This document shows, in pieces, positions 55,365-64,000 of a DNA stretch of 64,000 nucleotides. Source of the stretch: an archaeon (GTDB taxonomy: Archaea > Iainarchaeota > Iainarchaeia > Iainarchaeales > Iainarchaeaceae); assembly GCA_035289625.1 (NCBI GenBank), contig DATDWP010000006.1, forward strand, positions 14,321-78,320. Reading direction: 5' to 3'. The notes beneath the pieces are model-generated. The model was not told where the DNA came from. It saw only the letters and a list, made by a program, of their open reading frames with translations, and searched no databases. The position numbers and the translations under genes are program-made. Positions within the stretch are counted from its first letter, which is position 1. Each line of letters starts with the position of its first letter.

Positions 55365-57374
55365 TTAACCGCCCTTATTTTTGGTTTTGTTTTTCCTTAA
55401 AATCCCCAAATACAAAACAACCAATGCTCCAATTGCGCTCAGTAAAATCCCCGTAACATCTGCAATTGTTTGCTCATAGCGCAATTCCGTTTCCCCTTTT
55501 GTGTAAATCAGCATAAAGTGCGGGGACGCCCTGTAGATTTTGAGTTCTTTGCCTTCTGAATATGCCCTCCAATTAGGGAATTCGGAAATTTTTATCAGAA
55601 CAGGGACTACTTTTTCAGAATTCACATTAAACCTGATATATTCCATTGTGGGGCTTTGCTCTAGTATTTGAACGCTCTCACTTCCGCTCCCTTTCAGTTC
55701 TCGGACAGGCTCATTTACAAGCAATGTTTGGTTTATTTGCGGGGAAAAAAACCACTCGACAACTTCGCCTTCCCACTTCTCTTCAGGGACATAACGGGGG
55801 ACAAAATCCAACACTTCAATTATTTGGGTATTGTTTGCGGCATAGAGCGAGTAGTGATACTGCTCCATAAAGTTATTGCTGTTTCGCGGAGTGTACACAT
55901 TATTTGCAACAAGCCGCCAGCCATCAAGTGGAGGGTCTGAAGTTAGCACATACTTTATCCCAAACCGCTCAAGCTGGCCGGGAATTAGGTTTTTTGCATC
56001 CTCCCCCATCAAATCAACCCTTTGCACATCCGATGCAACGCCCCAGTTCAGGTTTGTGTTGTCAAACTCGCGAAGAAGATTGAACGCATACCTGGAATTT
56101 TTTGAAGAGTCAGAAAACAGTCCTATAACCGAATGAACCTTGTTTTGCATGGGGATAATTTCAGTTAGCTCGTGCGGGTTTGCCTGCCTTGAGGGCGGGG
56201 CATTGATCAGCACCCTGCCATCAAGGCCTTCTGGAAGCATTATGGGATTTTTAATGGTAGAATAGCCTTGGGGCTCAAGGTTTGGGATGCTGAAAATTAT
56301 AAAAACCGCAACAATGATGCAGATCCCCCTCCAAGCCATATCAAGCGAATTTTTCCAAAAATAAAACAATATTATAGGTGCCATCAGGTAGACAAGCATT
56401 GTTAGCCTGTAGGGGTGGAATGGGAGATTGAAAGAATCGCCTATTATGCTAATAATAAGGATTGCCACAAGAAAGAGCGGCACTTGCATAATCCTGTCCT
56501 GTTTTGATCGCCACATAAAAAAGGTGAGCACAATTGCAACTGCGAGCATTTCAAAACTAAAGGCCATTTTTCCGATATGCCCGACAGCAACATATGCCTT
56601 TTTTGCAATTACAGGGACTGCCCAGAACGCCGTTAACAAAAACGAGAGGAACAAATGCTTTGCAAAATAAATTGCGGCCTGCACTTTTGGGTCTGAAACA
56701 AAAAAAGCAATGGCAATAAGTATTCCCCCAATCCCTGTCCATGTATGGGCAAGAATTGTCAGTGCCAAAAGAAGCGAAGGCAAAACAAATTCGCGCGTCT
56801 TTAACGAGTTCTTGAGGGCGCCAAAGTAGAAAAAGAAAAGGGGTATTGAGAGTGCCTGCGCAACAAAACCCACCCCAAATGTTGCATTGATATTTGCCCC
56901 ATAATTGCCTTCAGGGAAAGCAAAGAGCAGGGCAAACATCAGAAGCATTATTGCAGCGCAGTTATTTATCGAAAAACCAAACGATCTTGCAAAATAATAA
57001 AACGAAACAGGCGTCAGGAGCACTACTAAAGAGAGCACTGATTTGAATGCAATATCAATCGGAACTACAAACGCAAGCGCAGCACTAAGGTATGAAAAAA
57101 GCGGGGCATAGAACTGGCTTTGCGCAAAACCGAAGAAAAAATACGGGTTCCAGCCAACGGGGCTTGGGAACAGGTATTCTTTTGTATACCATGCGGAAAA
57201 ATAAGAGCCGGCCATGTCATAGCTAAAAAGGTTGTTGTGCTGGAAAAACGGCACAAGGATAAAGAAAGCGATATAGCCAAAAACGAACAAAAATGCAAAA
57301 AGGAAATACGCGTTTTCCCAAATCCATTCCAAGTTCACTTGTGGAGTTTTGTCATTTTTTGGTTGCATAAACAA
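55365..57374 (-). CDS. GT-C-type polytopic membrane glycosyltransferase-like protein (YfhO/AglB-like architecture)
   Basis: About 11 N-terminal TM helices, a large extracytoplasmic soluble domain and a final C-terminal TM. No WWDYG (STT3/AglB) motif was seen, so the family is unresolved. It is divergent from a GT2 Dol-P-sugar synthase-like gene. Confidence 0.5.
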   Translation of the reverse strand: MFMQPKNDKTPQVNLEWIWENAYFLFAFLFVFGYIAFFILVPFFQHNNLFSYDMAGSYFSAWYTKEYLFPSPVGWNPYFFFGFAQSQFYAPLFSYLSAALAFVVPIDIAFKSVLSLVVLLTPVSFYYFARSFGFSINNCAAIMLLMFALLFAFPEGNYGANINATFGVGFVAQALSIPLFFFYFGALKNSLKTREFVLPSLLLALTILAHTWTGIGGILIAIAFFVSDPKVQAAIYFAKHLFLSFLLTAFWAVPVIAKKAYVAVGHIGKMAFSFEMLAVAIVLTFFMWRSKQDRIMQVPLFLVAILIISIIGDSFNLPFHPYRLTMLVYLMAPIILFYFWKNSLDMAWRGICIIVAVFIIFSIPNLEPQGYSTIKNPIMLPEGLDGRVLINAPPSRQANPHELTEIIPMQNKVHSVIGLFSDSSKNSRYAFNLLREFDNTNLNWGVASDVQRVDLMGEDAKNLIPGQLERFGIKYVLTSDPPLDGWRLVANNVYTPRNSNNFMEQYHYSLYAANNTQIIEVLDFVPRYVPEEKWEGEVVEWFFSPQINQTLLVNEPVRELKGSGSESVQILEQSPTMEYIRFNVNSEKVVPVLIKISEFPNWRAYSEGKELKIYRASPHFMLIYTKGETELRYEQTIADVTGILLSAIGALVVLYLGILRKNKTKNKGG

Positions 57375-57478
57375 CAGCCGGTAACCTGCACAATTTTTTT
57401 GTTTGTCACGAATTTGATGAATAGAATGTTAGATATATTGCTTAAATTATTATCATGCTGCCTTTGCAGGATTATTGA

Positions 57479-58183
57479 GTGGTTTGCATGAAAGAGGAAG
57501 GGTTTAGCAGCCTCACCATAATTGTCCCGACCCTTAATGAGGAAAAATCAATCGGGCTTCTTTTGCAAAAAATTTGCGCCCTCTATCCGGGTGTTCGTGC
57601 AATGGTTGTTGATGATTGCTCTTCGGATTGCACAAAAGACAACGTGCTCTGTGAAAAATCCGGCAACATCGTGTTCATTGACAGGTGCACTGAAGCGCAA
57701 AAAGGGCTTAGCGCTAGCGTTCTTGACGGAATCGGCAAATGCAAGACCAAATACTTCATTGTAATGGATGCGGATTTCCAGCACCCCCCGAAAACAATTG
57801 CAAAACTCTATTCCGCCTTGCAAGAATGCGATTTTGCAATCGGCAGGCGCAGCAGGGTTATTGACTCTTGGCCGATTTGGAGAAAAACAATTTCACGAGG
57901 CGCGCAGTGGCTTGCCGCTGCAAGGCTTTTCCCCAAAAACTGTTCAGGGCTGGACCTAATGTCCGGGTTTTTTGGCATGAAAACCTGGTATGCAAAAAAA
58001 ATAATCGAAAAAAACCGCCCAAAATTCGTGCCTCGGGGCTATAAAATTTTGTTTGAATTTTTGAAATTTTCACAAAAGGCAAAAATATTGTCTGTTGATT
58101 ATGATTTTGGCTCGAGAAAATTCGGAAAATCAAAAATAGGGGCAGGGCAGATAATCGCCTTCATTTTCTCGCTTTTAAAATAA
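57479..58183 (+). CDS. GT2 family polyprenyl/dolichyl-phosphate hexosyltransferase (Dpm1/AglD/CsbB-like)
   Basis: TIIVPTLNEE...VVDDCSSD...IVMDADFQHPP is the GT-A DxD/DAD signature. Confidence 0.8.
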   Translation: MVCMKEEGFSSLTIIVPTLNEEKSIGLLLQKICALYPGVRAMVVDDCSSDCTKDNVLCEKSGNIVFIDRCTEAQKGLSASVLDGIGKCKTKYFIVMDADFQHPPKTIAKLYSALQECDFAIGRRSRVIDSWPIWRKTISRGAQWLAAARLFPKNCSGLDLMSGFFGMKTWYAKKIIEKNRPKFVPRGYKILFEFLKFSQKAKILSVDYDFGSRKFGKSKIGAGQIIAFIFSLLK

Positions 58184-58208
58184 AAAGAAGACAAAAGAAA
58201 AAGGCCAA

Positions 58209-60185
58209 TTAGTTATTCTGCGGCTCTTCTGCTTTCGGCTCTTTTTTTGTTTCATTCCACTGCACTGCAAAAAATGCAGCAATAATGATTATGATAAGAA
58301 CCCCAAGGGCAAGAGCGCTATCATTTAGCGCTGCAAACCCGGCCGAAATAAACCCGCCATTATTGCTAGGTGAGGGTGAAGCGCTCACCTGTGGCTGTTG
58401 TATTTGCTCAGTAGAATTATTTTGCAAAGCTACCCTTTGCACTTTTGTGTATTTTTGGACAAGTTCAGATCCATTGCTCTGCACCGAGTAAAATACCCTG
58501 CCGTTTGAACTAAGGCCGTTTACTGCGCTAACCCTACTGCCTCTACTATTTGGGGCAAAAGTAAATCTATGAGGGCTAATTTGGGCATCCTCTGAAAACA
58601 CTGTAACAGTGATCTCATTTTGTGTTGGGTTGTATAGTTCAAATTCAACAAAGCCTGACCCATTTTCCAAAAGCGCGCCCTCTTCAATATTTAGTTCAAT
58701 TTCATTGAGGCTAATATTCGCACTCCCATTAACACTTACATTGAAATTATCAGAAATCACTGTGCAAGTGAACCCTGAAATATAATGTCCTTTTACTTTC
58801 AAATAAGCATTAGAGCTTCTATCTGAAAGTGATTCATCTGCAAAAACCTTCAAATTAATTGCTCCGCTCTGCCCTGCAAATAGGGTGCCGGAATCTCTGC
58901 TAGCTTCTAGTGAAAAATCAGGGCTGCTTTCAATTGCTTCAATTGAATCTATCTTAAAATCCTCGCCTGCAAAATTTCTGAGGGCAAAATAAACACTCTT
59001 CTCTTTTCCTGCAGCAATACTCAAATTCTGTGAAGAAATACTAAGCGCGCTACAATCTTTTGCAACGTGCTGGTCTTTTCCGTACTCGGTTTTTATTGTC
59101 CTATAATTCGTGTTTTCATTTGAATAATCCGTATAGCTGTTATCAAAGCTTTTTGAATAATTTGAAGTGCCCTTGTCGCTATACTCATAATTTCTATTAT
59201 CGTAGTCATAGTTGTAATTCTTGTTATCATAATTTGAATAATTATAGTTCTTGTTTGAATAGTCAAAGCTTACTTCTTTCCACTCCTGTTGTGTTTCTTT
59301 TGCCTTAATGTATGCAACGCTTCCTTGTGTTTGTGGCTGGAGTGGCTTTTCATAAACTATTGTAGTTACTTGGGGCTTGTATACATTTACATTTATTTTT
59401 TGGAAAATATCTGATGGGGGGCAATATGTCCCGTCCCTAAAAGTCACGGCCCCTTTTATTTCAATTTCAACTATGCCTTTTGCTGAAGAATCGGCGTTTA
59501 GTTCGAACTGCACTTTTCCCTTTGAATTGTTTGCTACAACTCTATCAAATCTTATATTTGTTGCCTCGAGGCCGAAGTTGTCTGTTATCGATACGTTCTC
59601 AACATCCATGTATTTTGGAGAAAAATTGTTCAAATAAATTGTAACCTGCTTACTCTTGTCCGCATCTATTGAAATTGTAGAACTTGAAAATTCTGCCTGG
59701 TCGCAAAACGCTTCCTGCACTGGCTGGAACTGCTGGCCAACAAGTGTTTGGCTAGAAGGGGGCAAATAATAATTGCCGTAATAGATAGGGGCATAGGCGC
59801 TCATCCAATTTGGGTAATATGCCCAATTTCCTGAGTAATAATAATAGCTTGAAGGATAGTAGGTGTAATTTACAAAATCCGGGGCAAACCTATAACTTGT
59901 ATCGTAATAGAAGTCAGGGGCGTATGTGTATGCATCAAAACCGTACCAGCCTGAATTGTAATATGAATAATCTCCATGTGAATAGACCCTAAAAGGATAA
60001 TCGAAATAATACTGGTCGCTATATGTGTAAGTGTAAGGGGTTGGCATGAATTGGTAGGAGTTGCCATAGAGAACTTCTATGTGGTAATCAGAGTCGCTAT
60101 ATCCTACGTAGAGCGAGGCGTGGGCAAAATTTAATGTGAAAAGAAATGTAATTGCTATCAAAAATGCTGTCAGGTGTTTCATCAA
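58209..60185 (-). CDS. secreted Tyr/Asn-rich low-complexity surface protein with C-terminal TM anchor
   Basis: Signal peptide MMKHLTAFLIAITFLFTLNFAHA. It has extreme Y-rich and NY-repeat regions (YYYYSGNWAYYPNW..., NYNYSNYDNKNYNYDYDNRNYEY), beta-rich central domains and a C-terminal segment LGVLIIIIIAAFFAV. Confidence 0.55.
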   Translation of the reverse strand: MMKHLTAFLIAITFLFTLNFAHASLYVGYSDSDYHIEVLYGNSYQFMPTPYTYTYSDQYYFDYPFRVYSHGDYSYYNSGWYGFDAYTYAPDFYYDTSYRFAPDFVNYTYYPSSYYYYSGNWAYYPNWMSAYAPIYYGNYYLPPSSQTLVGQQFQPVQEAFCDQAEFSSSTISIDADKSKQVTIYLNNFSPKYMDVENVSITDNFGLEATNIRFDRVVANNSKGKVQFELNADSSAKGIVEIEIKGAVTFRDGTYCPPSDIFQKINVNVYKPQVTTIVYEKPLQPQTQGSVAYIKAKETQQEWKEVSFDYSNKNYNYSNYDNKNYNYDYDNRNYEYSDKGTSNYSKSFDNSYTDYSNENTNYRTIKTEYGKDQHVAKDCSALSISSQNLSIAAGKEKSVYFALRNFAGEDFKIDSIEAIESSPDFSLEASRDSGTLFAGQSGAINLKVFADESLSDRSSNAYLKVKGHYISGFTCTVISDNFNVSVNGSANISLNEIELNIEEGALLENGSGFVEFELYNPTQNEITVTVFSEDAQISPHRFTFAPNSRGSRVSAVNGLSSNGRVFYSVQSNGSELVQKYTKVQRVALQNNSTEQIQQPQVSASPSPSNNGGFISAGFAALNDSALALGVLIIIIIAAFFAVQWNETKKEPKAEEPQNN

Positions 60186-60431
60186 AAATGCTCCTGTACT
60201 AATTGCGTACTACCAACTATTTAAATGTTGTTCTTTATTAACGGGACTTAGTTATTCTTATTTGTCCTAAAATTCGCGCGAAAACGAAGGAAAAGCCCTA
60301 CTATTTTAGATTTTCTAAGTAATTATTAGATTAACTTGCTATTATTTAGCCTTCATTTGTAGGGTAGAGTCATAAAGTGCATTATTTTGGCAATTTGAGT
60401 CATTTTAATAAAAAAGCCAAAAATTTAGATT

Positions 60432-61927
60432 TTACCCCTTTACATTTCCTACAGGGCGAAGCGAAAACACTTTTTTGGAAATTCCTATTTCATCCATTGT
60501 TTTTATCACTTCGCTAATGTCCTTATAGGCAATTCCTGCTTCTTCGGCAAGCCCTGCATATGAAGCAGATTTTACATAAATCCCTTTTTTTTCCATCTCG
60601 CGCTGCAACTGCTCTCCCTTTACAAGTTGCTTTGCTTTTGTGCGAGACATTGTCCTTCCTGACCCGTGCATTGTACTTCCAAATGTCTCATCCATTGCTT
60701 TTTGTGTTCCCACGCACACATAGCTCCCTGTTTCCATTGACCCGCCAACAATAACAGGCTGGCCGGTTTTTCTAAAAATCGGGGCAAGCTCATCTTGTCC
60801 GGGGCCATAACTTCGTGTAGATCCCTTGCGGTGCACCACTAGTTTTTTCATTTTCCCGTCAACTTTGTGCTTTTCCACTTTTGCAATGTTGTGCGCCACA
60901 TCATAAATTAAATTCATCTCCATTTCCTCTGCACTTTTTTTGAAAACCTTTTCAAAAACTTTCCTCACATTGTGCGTTATTACTTGCCTATTTGCAAATG
61001 CATTATTTGCAGCACATGCCATTGCGCTATAGTACTTGCGTCCTTCTTCACTATTGAATGGAGCGCAGGCAAGCTCCCTATCCTTTACTTTCAAATCATA
61101 CTTTTCCATTACAGGGCCAAATTCTTTCAAATAATCAGTTGCAATCTGGTGCCCGGCTCCTCGCGAGCCGCAGTGGACCATAATCATTACCTGCCCATCA
61201 TCAAATACGCCGAATTTATTTGCAATTTCACTATTGTAAATTTCTGCTGCATGGATTACCTGCACTTCCAGATAATGGTTTCCAGAGCCTAGCGTTCCAA
61301 GTTGGTTCATGCTTCTGCCAATCGCTTTTTCAGAAACATTTTTCGAATCAGCCCCCGCAATTTTGCCTTTCTCTTCAATATGGTCAATGTCCTCTTTCCA
61401 CGCATACCCCTTCTCAACGCACCACTTCGCCCCCTGCTCCATTACATCAATTACTTCTCTTCGTGAAAGCCTAATAGTGCCCTTAACTCCGACTCCAGCC
61501 GGAACACTTTCAAATAAATTATTCACAATTTCGTGAATTTTTGGCTGCACCTCTTTGTAGTTGAGATTTGTTTTTATGAGGCGCATGCCGCAATTGATAT
61601 CAAAACCGCAAATTCCCGGACTTACTATTCCTTCGTCTGCATCAAACGCCGCAACTGCCCCGACAGGCGCACCGTTAAGGGAGAACAAAACATAAATATA
61701 AAGTGCTTACGTTCCTAACCCCAATGCGCGTCAGGCATGGCGAGTGAATACTTCTGAATTCCGGGCAAACAGGCAACATTTGTAACCTGATCAAATACCC
61801 CTTCATCCATATTGGCAAACAGATTTTCAGTGGCATAAATTCTTGCGGGAGCTTGCATTCCTTTTTTTTCAGTTTCAGGAATTTCCCATACATTTTTGGA
61901 AATCTGTTCTGCTTTGTATTTTTTCAT
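60432..61927 (-). pseudogene. rtcB: RNA-splicing ligase RtcB interrupted by a 41-nt insertion (frame break) after PDAHWG
   Basis: The N-terminal 70-aa ORF (61715..61927) ends ...SLAMPDAHWG-stop. The remaining 418 aa (60432..61688, TTG-initiated in the ORF track) begin FSLNGAPVGAVAAFD...GICGFDINCGMRLIKT in a different frame. Removing 61677..61717 restores a colinear RtcB (HWG-NGAPVGAVAAFD, matching the canonical HQG-YGFPIGGVAAFD). Confidence 0.8.
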
Positions 61928-62002
61928 TTTGTGCTCTTCACCTCCACACCGGCAATCAGGTCTAAATTGGTTTTTAAACGCTAAGTGCTCGAATCAATTT
62001 GA

Positions 62003-62890
62003 ATGGAAAAGGTTATAACTGTTGACGAGAATCTGGCTTCAATTCATGCTTATTTATGTGCAGATGGCTATTTTACAAGCGGTAAGCTGTCAAGCAAACA
62101 CAAGTATTACGTCATGGCATTGCGCAACACAAACCAAGTTTTATTAACCGATTTCCAGGCAAAGTTTAACCGAGTTTTTGGAATAGTTCCAAAAATATAT
62201 GCTGGAAGCAGATCTATAGTACACAATAAAGAACTATATTTTTTGATAAAGCGTGCATTCACTTCTTTTTATAGCAATGAATGGAACTTTCCTGCAGATG
62301 TTTTTACTACTAGGGCTCTGAAAGCAGCATGGCTTAGGACAATATTTGACTGTGAAGGATGGGTTACGGGGGAAGAGGATCGGGAAATAGGATTGGAAAT
62401 GATAAACTTGTCCGGGGTGCTTAGGATAAAAAAATTACTTGAAGAGTTTGAAATCCCAGTGATATTTAAGATTAAGAAGAATGGTAAAATTTTCCGGCTT
62501 AATATTTTTGGAAAAGAAAATTTCATAAAGTTTCAAAACCAAATTGGGTTTTTGCATCCCCGAAAGAAGCTGAAGCTTCAAGAGGTTATAGATTCTTATG
62601 TATCTTACGAGTGGATTTTTCCTGAAGATAAAGAGCTTCTTTCTAACTTTATAATTGGCAAGCTAAAAGAGAAACTCAGTAAATCCCGGTTAGATTCAAG
62701 AAAACGCATTCGCATATGTTCATGCAGGAAAAGTAATTTGGAAAAACTTCACCTGTATATAAAGGAGTTTTATAATGTTGAATCAATAGTTTCTGATACA
62801 ATGTTTAGTGGTATAGGGGTGCCCTATTTTGAATTATCAATAAATAAAAAATCAAGTGTAGAAAAAATTAAATCTCTCTTAGGGTTCTAA
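62003..62890 (+). CDS. free-standing double-motif LAGLIDADG homing endonuclease-like protein
   Basis: Two LAGLIDADG-like motifs: IHAYLCADGYF (residues ~14-24) and KAAWLRTIFDCEGWV (~108-122, conserved acidic E). There are no flanking Hint/intein blocks. It is on the opposite strand between archease and rtcB. Confidence 0.6.
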   Translation: MEKVITVDENLASIHAYLCADGYFTSGKLSSKHKYYVMALRNTNQVLLTDFQAKFNRVFGIVPKIYAGSRSIVHNKELYFLIKRAFTSFYSNEWNFPADVFTTRALKAAWLRTIFDCEGWVTGEEDREIGLEMINLSGVLRIKKLLEEFEIPVIFKIKKNGKIFRLNIFGKENFIKFQNQIGFLHPRKKLKLQEVIDSYVSYEWIFPEDKELLSNFIIGKLKEKLSKSRLDSRKRIRICSCRKSNLEKLHLYIKEFYNVESIVSDTMFSGIGVPYFELSINKKSSVEKIKSLLGF

Positions 62891-63309
62891 ATATCAACCA
62901 CCACGGTTGCGCTAAATTGCCCATTTTCTTTTTTTATTTCAAACATGTGCATTGTAATTGCCTTCACATCATTTCGCAAATTCTGCCTGCCGATTTTTTC
63001 CAAAGTGTCCCCGCCGCATTGAGCTTGCATTTTATTTTGTGAAATTTTCACTTTAAAATTTTTGAACAAAATCCCATCAACATCTTTTATGTAGACAAGT
63101 TCTTCTAAAAAGTTGTACAAAAGTTCCTGTTCATTTTTTCCCTCCATAATAATTTCACGTTGCACTTTTAGCGAAATTTTCTGTAGGTCTGCCATTGTTT
63201 CAGTAAGGGCAAGGCCAGAGTTTTCAAAGAGCTCTTCAACGGTTTTGCCGTGAGCGCGAAAGGCAATGTCTGCTATTGCAACATTTTCTAGGAATTCGTA
63301 TTTCATCAA
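62887..63309 (-). CDS. archease (RtcB activator) with atypical N-terminal motif
   Basis: MMKYEFLENVAIADIAFRAHGKTVEELFENSGLAL...HMFEIKKENGQFSATVVVDI. The archease fold pattern is clear, but the usual EHTADI is replaced by ENVAIADI. Confidence 0.7.
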   Translation of the reverse strand: MMKYEFLENVAIADIAFRAHGKTVEELFENSGLALTETMADLQKISLKVQREIIMEGKNEQELLYNFLEELVYIKDVDGILFKNFKVKISQNKMQAQCGGDTLEKIGRQNLRNDVKAITMHMFEIKKENGQFSATVVVDI

Positions 63310-63356
63310 ATAGTTGTTCCTTAAAAACCTTTAAATATGGTAATTTAGGGGTTTTA

Positions 63357-64000
63357 TCAGTTGGGTACATGCCCGAATTTCATTTGTATTTGCCCCGGAG
63401 CTGTAAGTTCTTGGGAGTCCGCATCATATATTGCCCACAAAAAATTGACTCCAGTTGCAGTTTGGTCAATTGGCCCGTCTGCGCTTGCGCCATTCCATCC
63501 TTGCAATGTAATTTTATACTTTGCATTGTAAGGCTCAATTCCCCATCTAGGCCAATCAGATGCTGTTATTTCCTCAACACTCCAGTTCCCAGACCCTGTT
63601 CCATATATCCAGCTTCTGTCCGCATTGAGATATAACAAAATTATGCTGGACGTTTCCATGGCGCTGCTGCCCCCAGCATCATAATAAGCATATTTTGAAT
63701 ACGCCCTCCATTTGCCTGGCAAGAGCGCAGTCGGATCAGATAGCTCTAATGCGTTTTGGCTATCTGCCACTGGCGCATCTCCCTCAATATCAGTTTGGCC
63801 TGCGGAATTGCTTATTTGCTCCTGTCCTGGGGCCGTGTTTTGCCCAGAGGATATGTCCTCTCCCTGTACAATTTCCTCTTTCGGGGCTTTAAACGGGATC
63901 TGCCTGATTGATGTTTTGGTAATTTCATAAGATTTTATCATTTCATCAACAATGCCGATGTACTTGTCAAAATTCTTCTGTTCGGAAAGGAATGTTATCT
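63357..64000 (-). CDS. hypothetical protein, N-terminus beyond window end
   Basis: The ORF stays open upstream of the M at 63941 to the window edge. No motif recognized. Confidence 0.35.
   Translation of the reverse strand, partial: ITFLSEQKNFDKYIGIVDEMIKSYEITKTSIRQIPFKAPKEEIVQGEDISSGQNTAPGQEQISNSAGQTDIEGDAPVADSQNALELSDPTALLPGKWRAYSKYAYYDAGGSSAMETSSIILLYLNADRSWIYGTGSGNWSVEEITASDWPRWGIEPYNAKYKITLQGWNGASADGPIDQTATGVNFLWAIYDADSQELTAPGQIQMKFGHVPN

Noticed and set aside
60432-61927. Possibility that rtcB is interrupted by an intein (as in Pyrococcus RtcB)
   Set aside because: The gap is only 41 nt. There are no Hint blocks and no in-frame insertion, and the LAGLIDADG gene is outside rtcB on the opposite strand.

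Overview
This window reads as an archaeal chromosome segment, AT-rich with many 4-nt gene overlaps. Almost everything is on the minus strand and forms the conserved archaeal translation/transcription superoperons. In order these are: the grpE-dnaK-dnaJ block, the t6A genes kae1 and sua5, S27ae-S24e-spt4-rpoE', aIF2gamma-S6e-aIF5B-dut-ndk-L24e-S28e-L7Ae, and gluRS. They are followed by S2-rpoN-S9-L13-L18e-tRNA-rpoD-S11-S4-S13-L14e-L34e and a YidC-like DUF106 gene. The long L3-L4-L23-L2-S19-L22-S3-L29-SUI1-Rpp29-S17-L14-L24-S4e-L5-S14-S8-L6-L32e-L19e-L18-S5-L30-L15-secY cluster completes the core. The archaea/eukaryote-type r-proteins, aIF2gamma/aIF5B and RNAP subunits N/D/E'/Spt4 mark it as archaeal. 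Several things point to a small-genome, DPANN-like archaeon, though this is inference: adk, cmk, eno and rpoK are absent from their usual slots, many r-proteins carry Lys/His-rich tails, and there are giant secreted proteins. Accessory content sits in three places. The first is a toxin-antitoxin islet (RHH+PemK/MazF and a frameshifted RelE/ParE) between the dnaK operon and kae1. The second is an AbiEii/AbiEi pair plus a Cys-rich secreted pseudo-DsbA protein inserted between secY and the DUF106 gene. The third is a surface module at the 3' end of the window: a class II Fic, a 2482-aa giant surface protein, a GT-C/GT2 glycosyltransferase pair and a Tyr/Asn-rich secreted protein. Several sequence-level oddities are the most interesting items: (1) rtcB is interrupted by a clean 41-nt insertion at the conserved PDAHWG|NG site. 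(2) A free-standing double-LAGLIDADG endonuclease gene sits between rtcB and archease. (3) A tRNA-Leu(UAA) between rpoD and L18e carries a highly structured intron of about 135 nt at the canonical 37/38 position. (4) Two families of conserved intergenic RNA-level elements lie inside the r-protein operons. One combines an SD-sequestering hairpin with a TGATG-coupled uORF, and the other is a GTGCATCG...CCCAAC...CGAAA...GTTGGG hairpin motif. No CRISPR array, rRNA gene or recognizable transposase is present.
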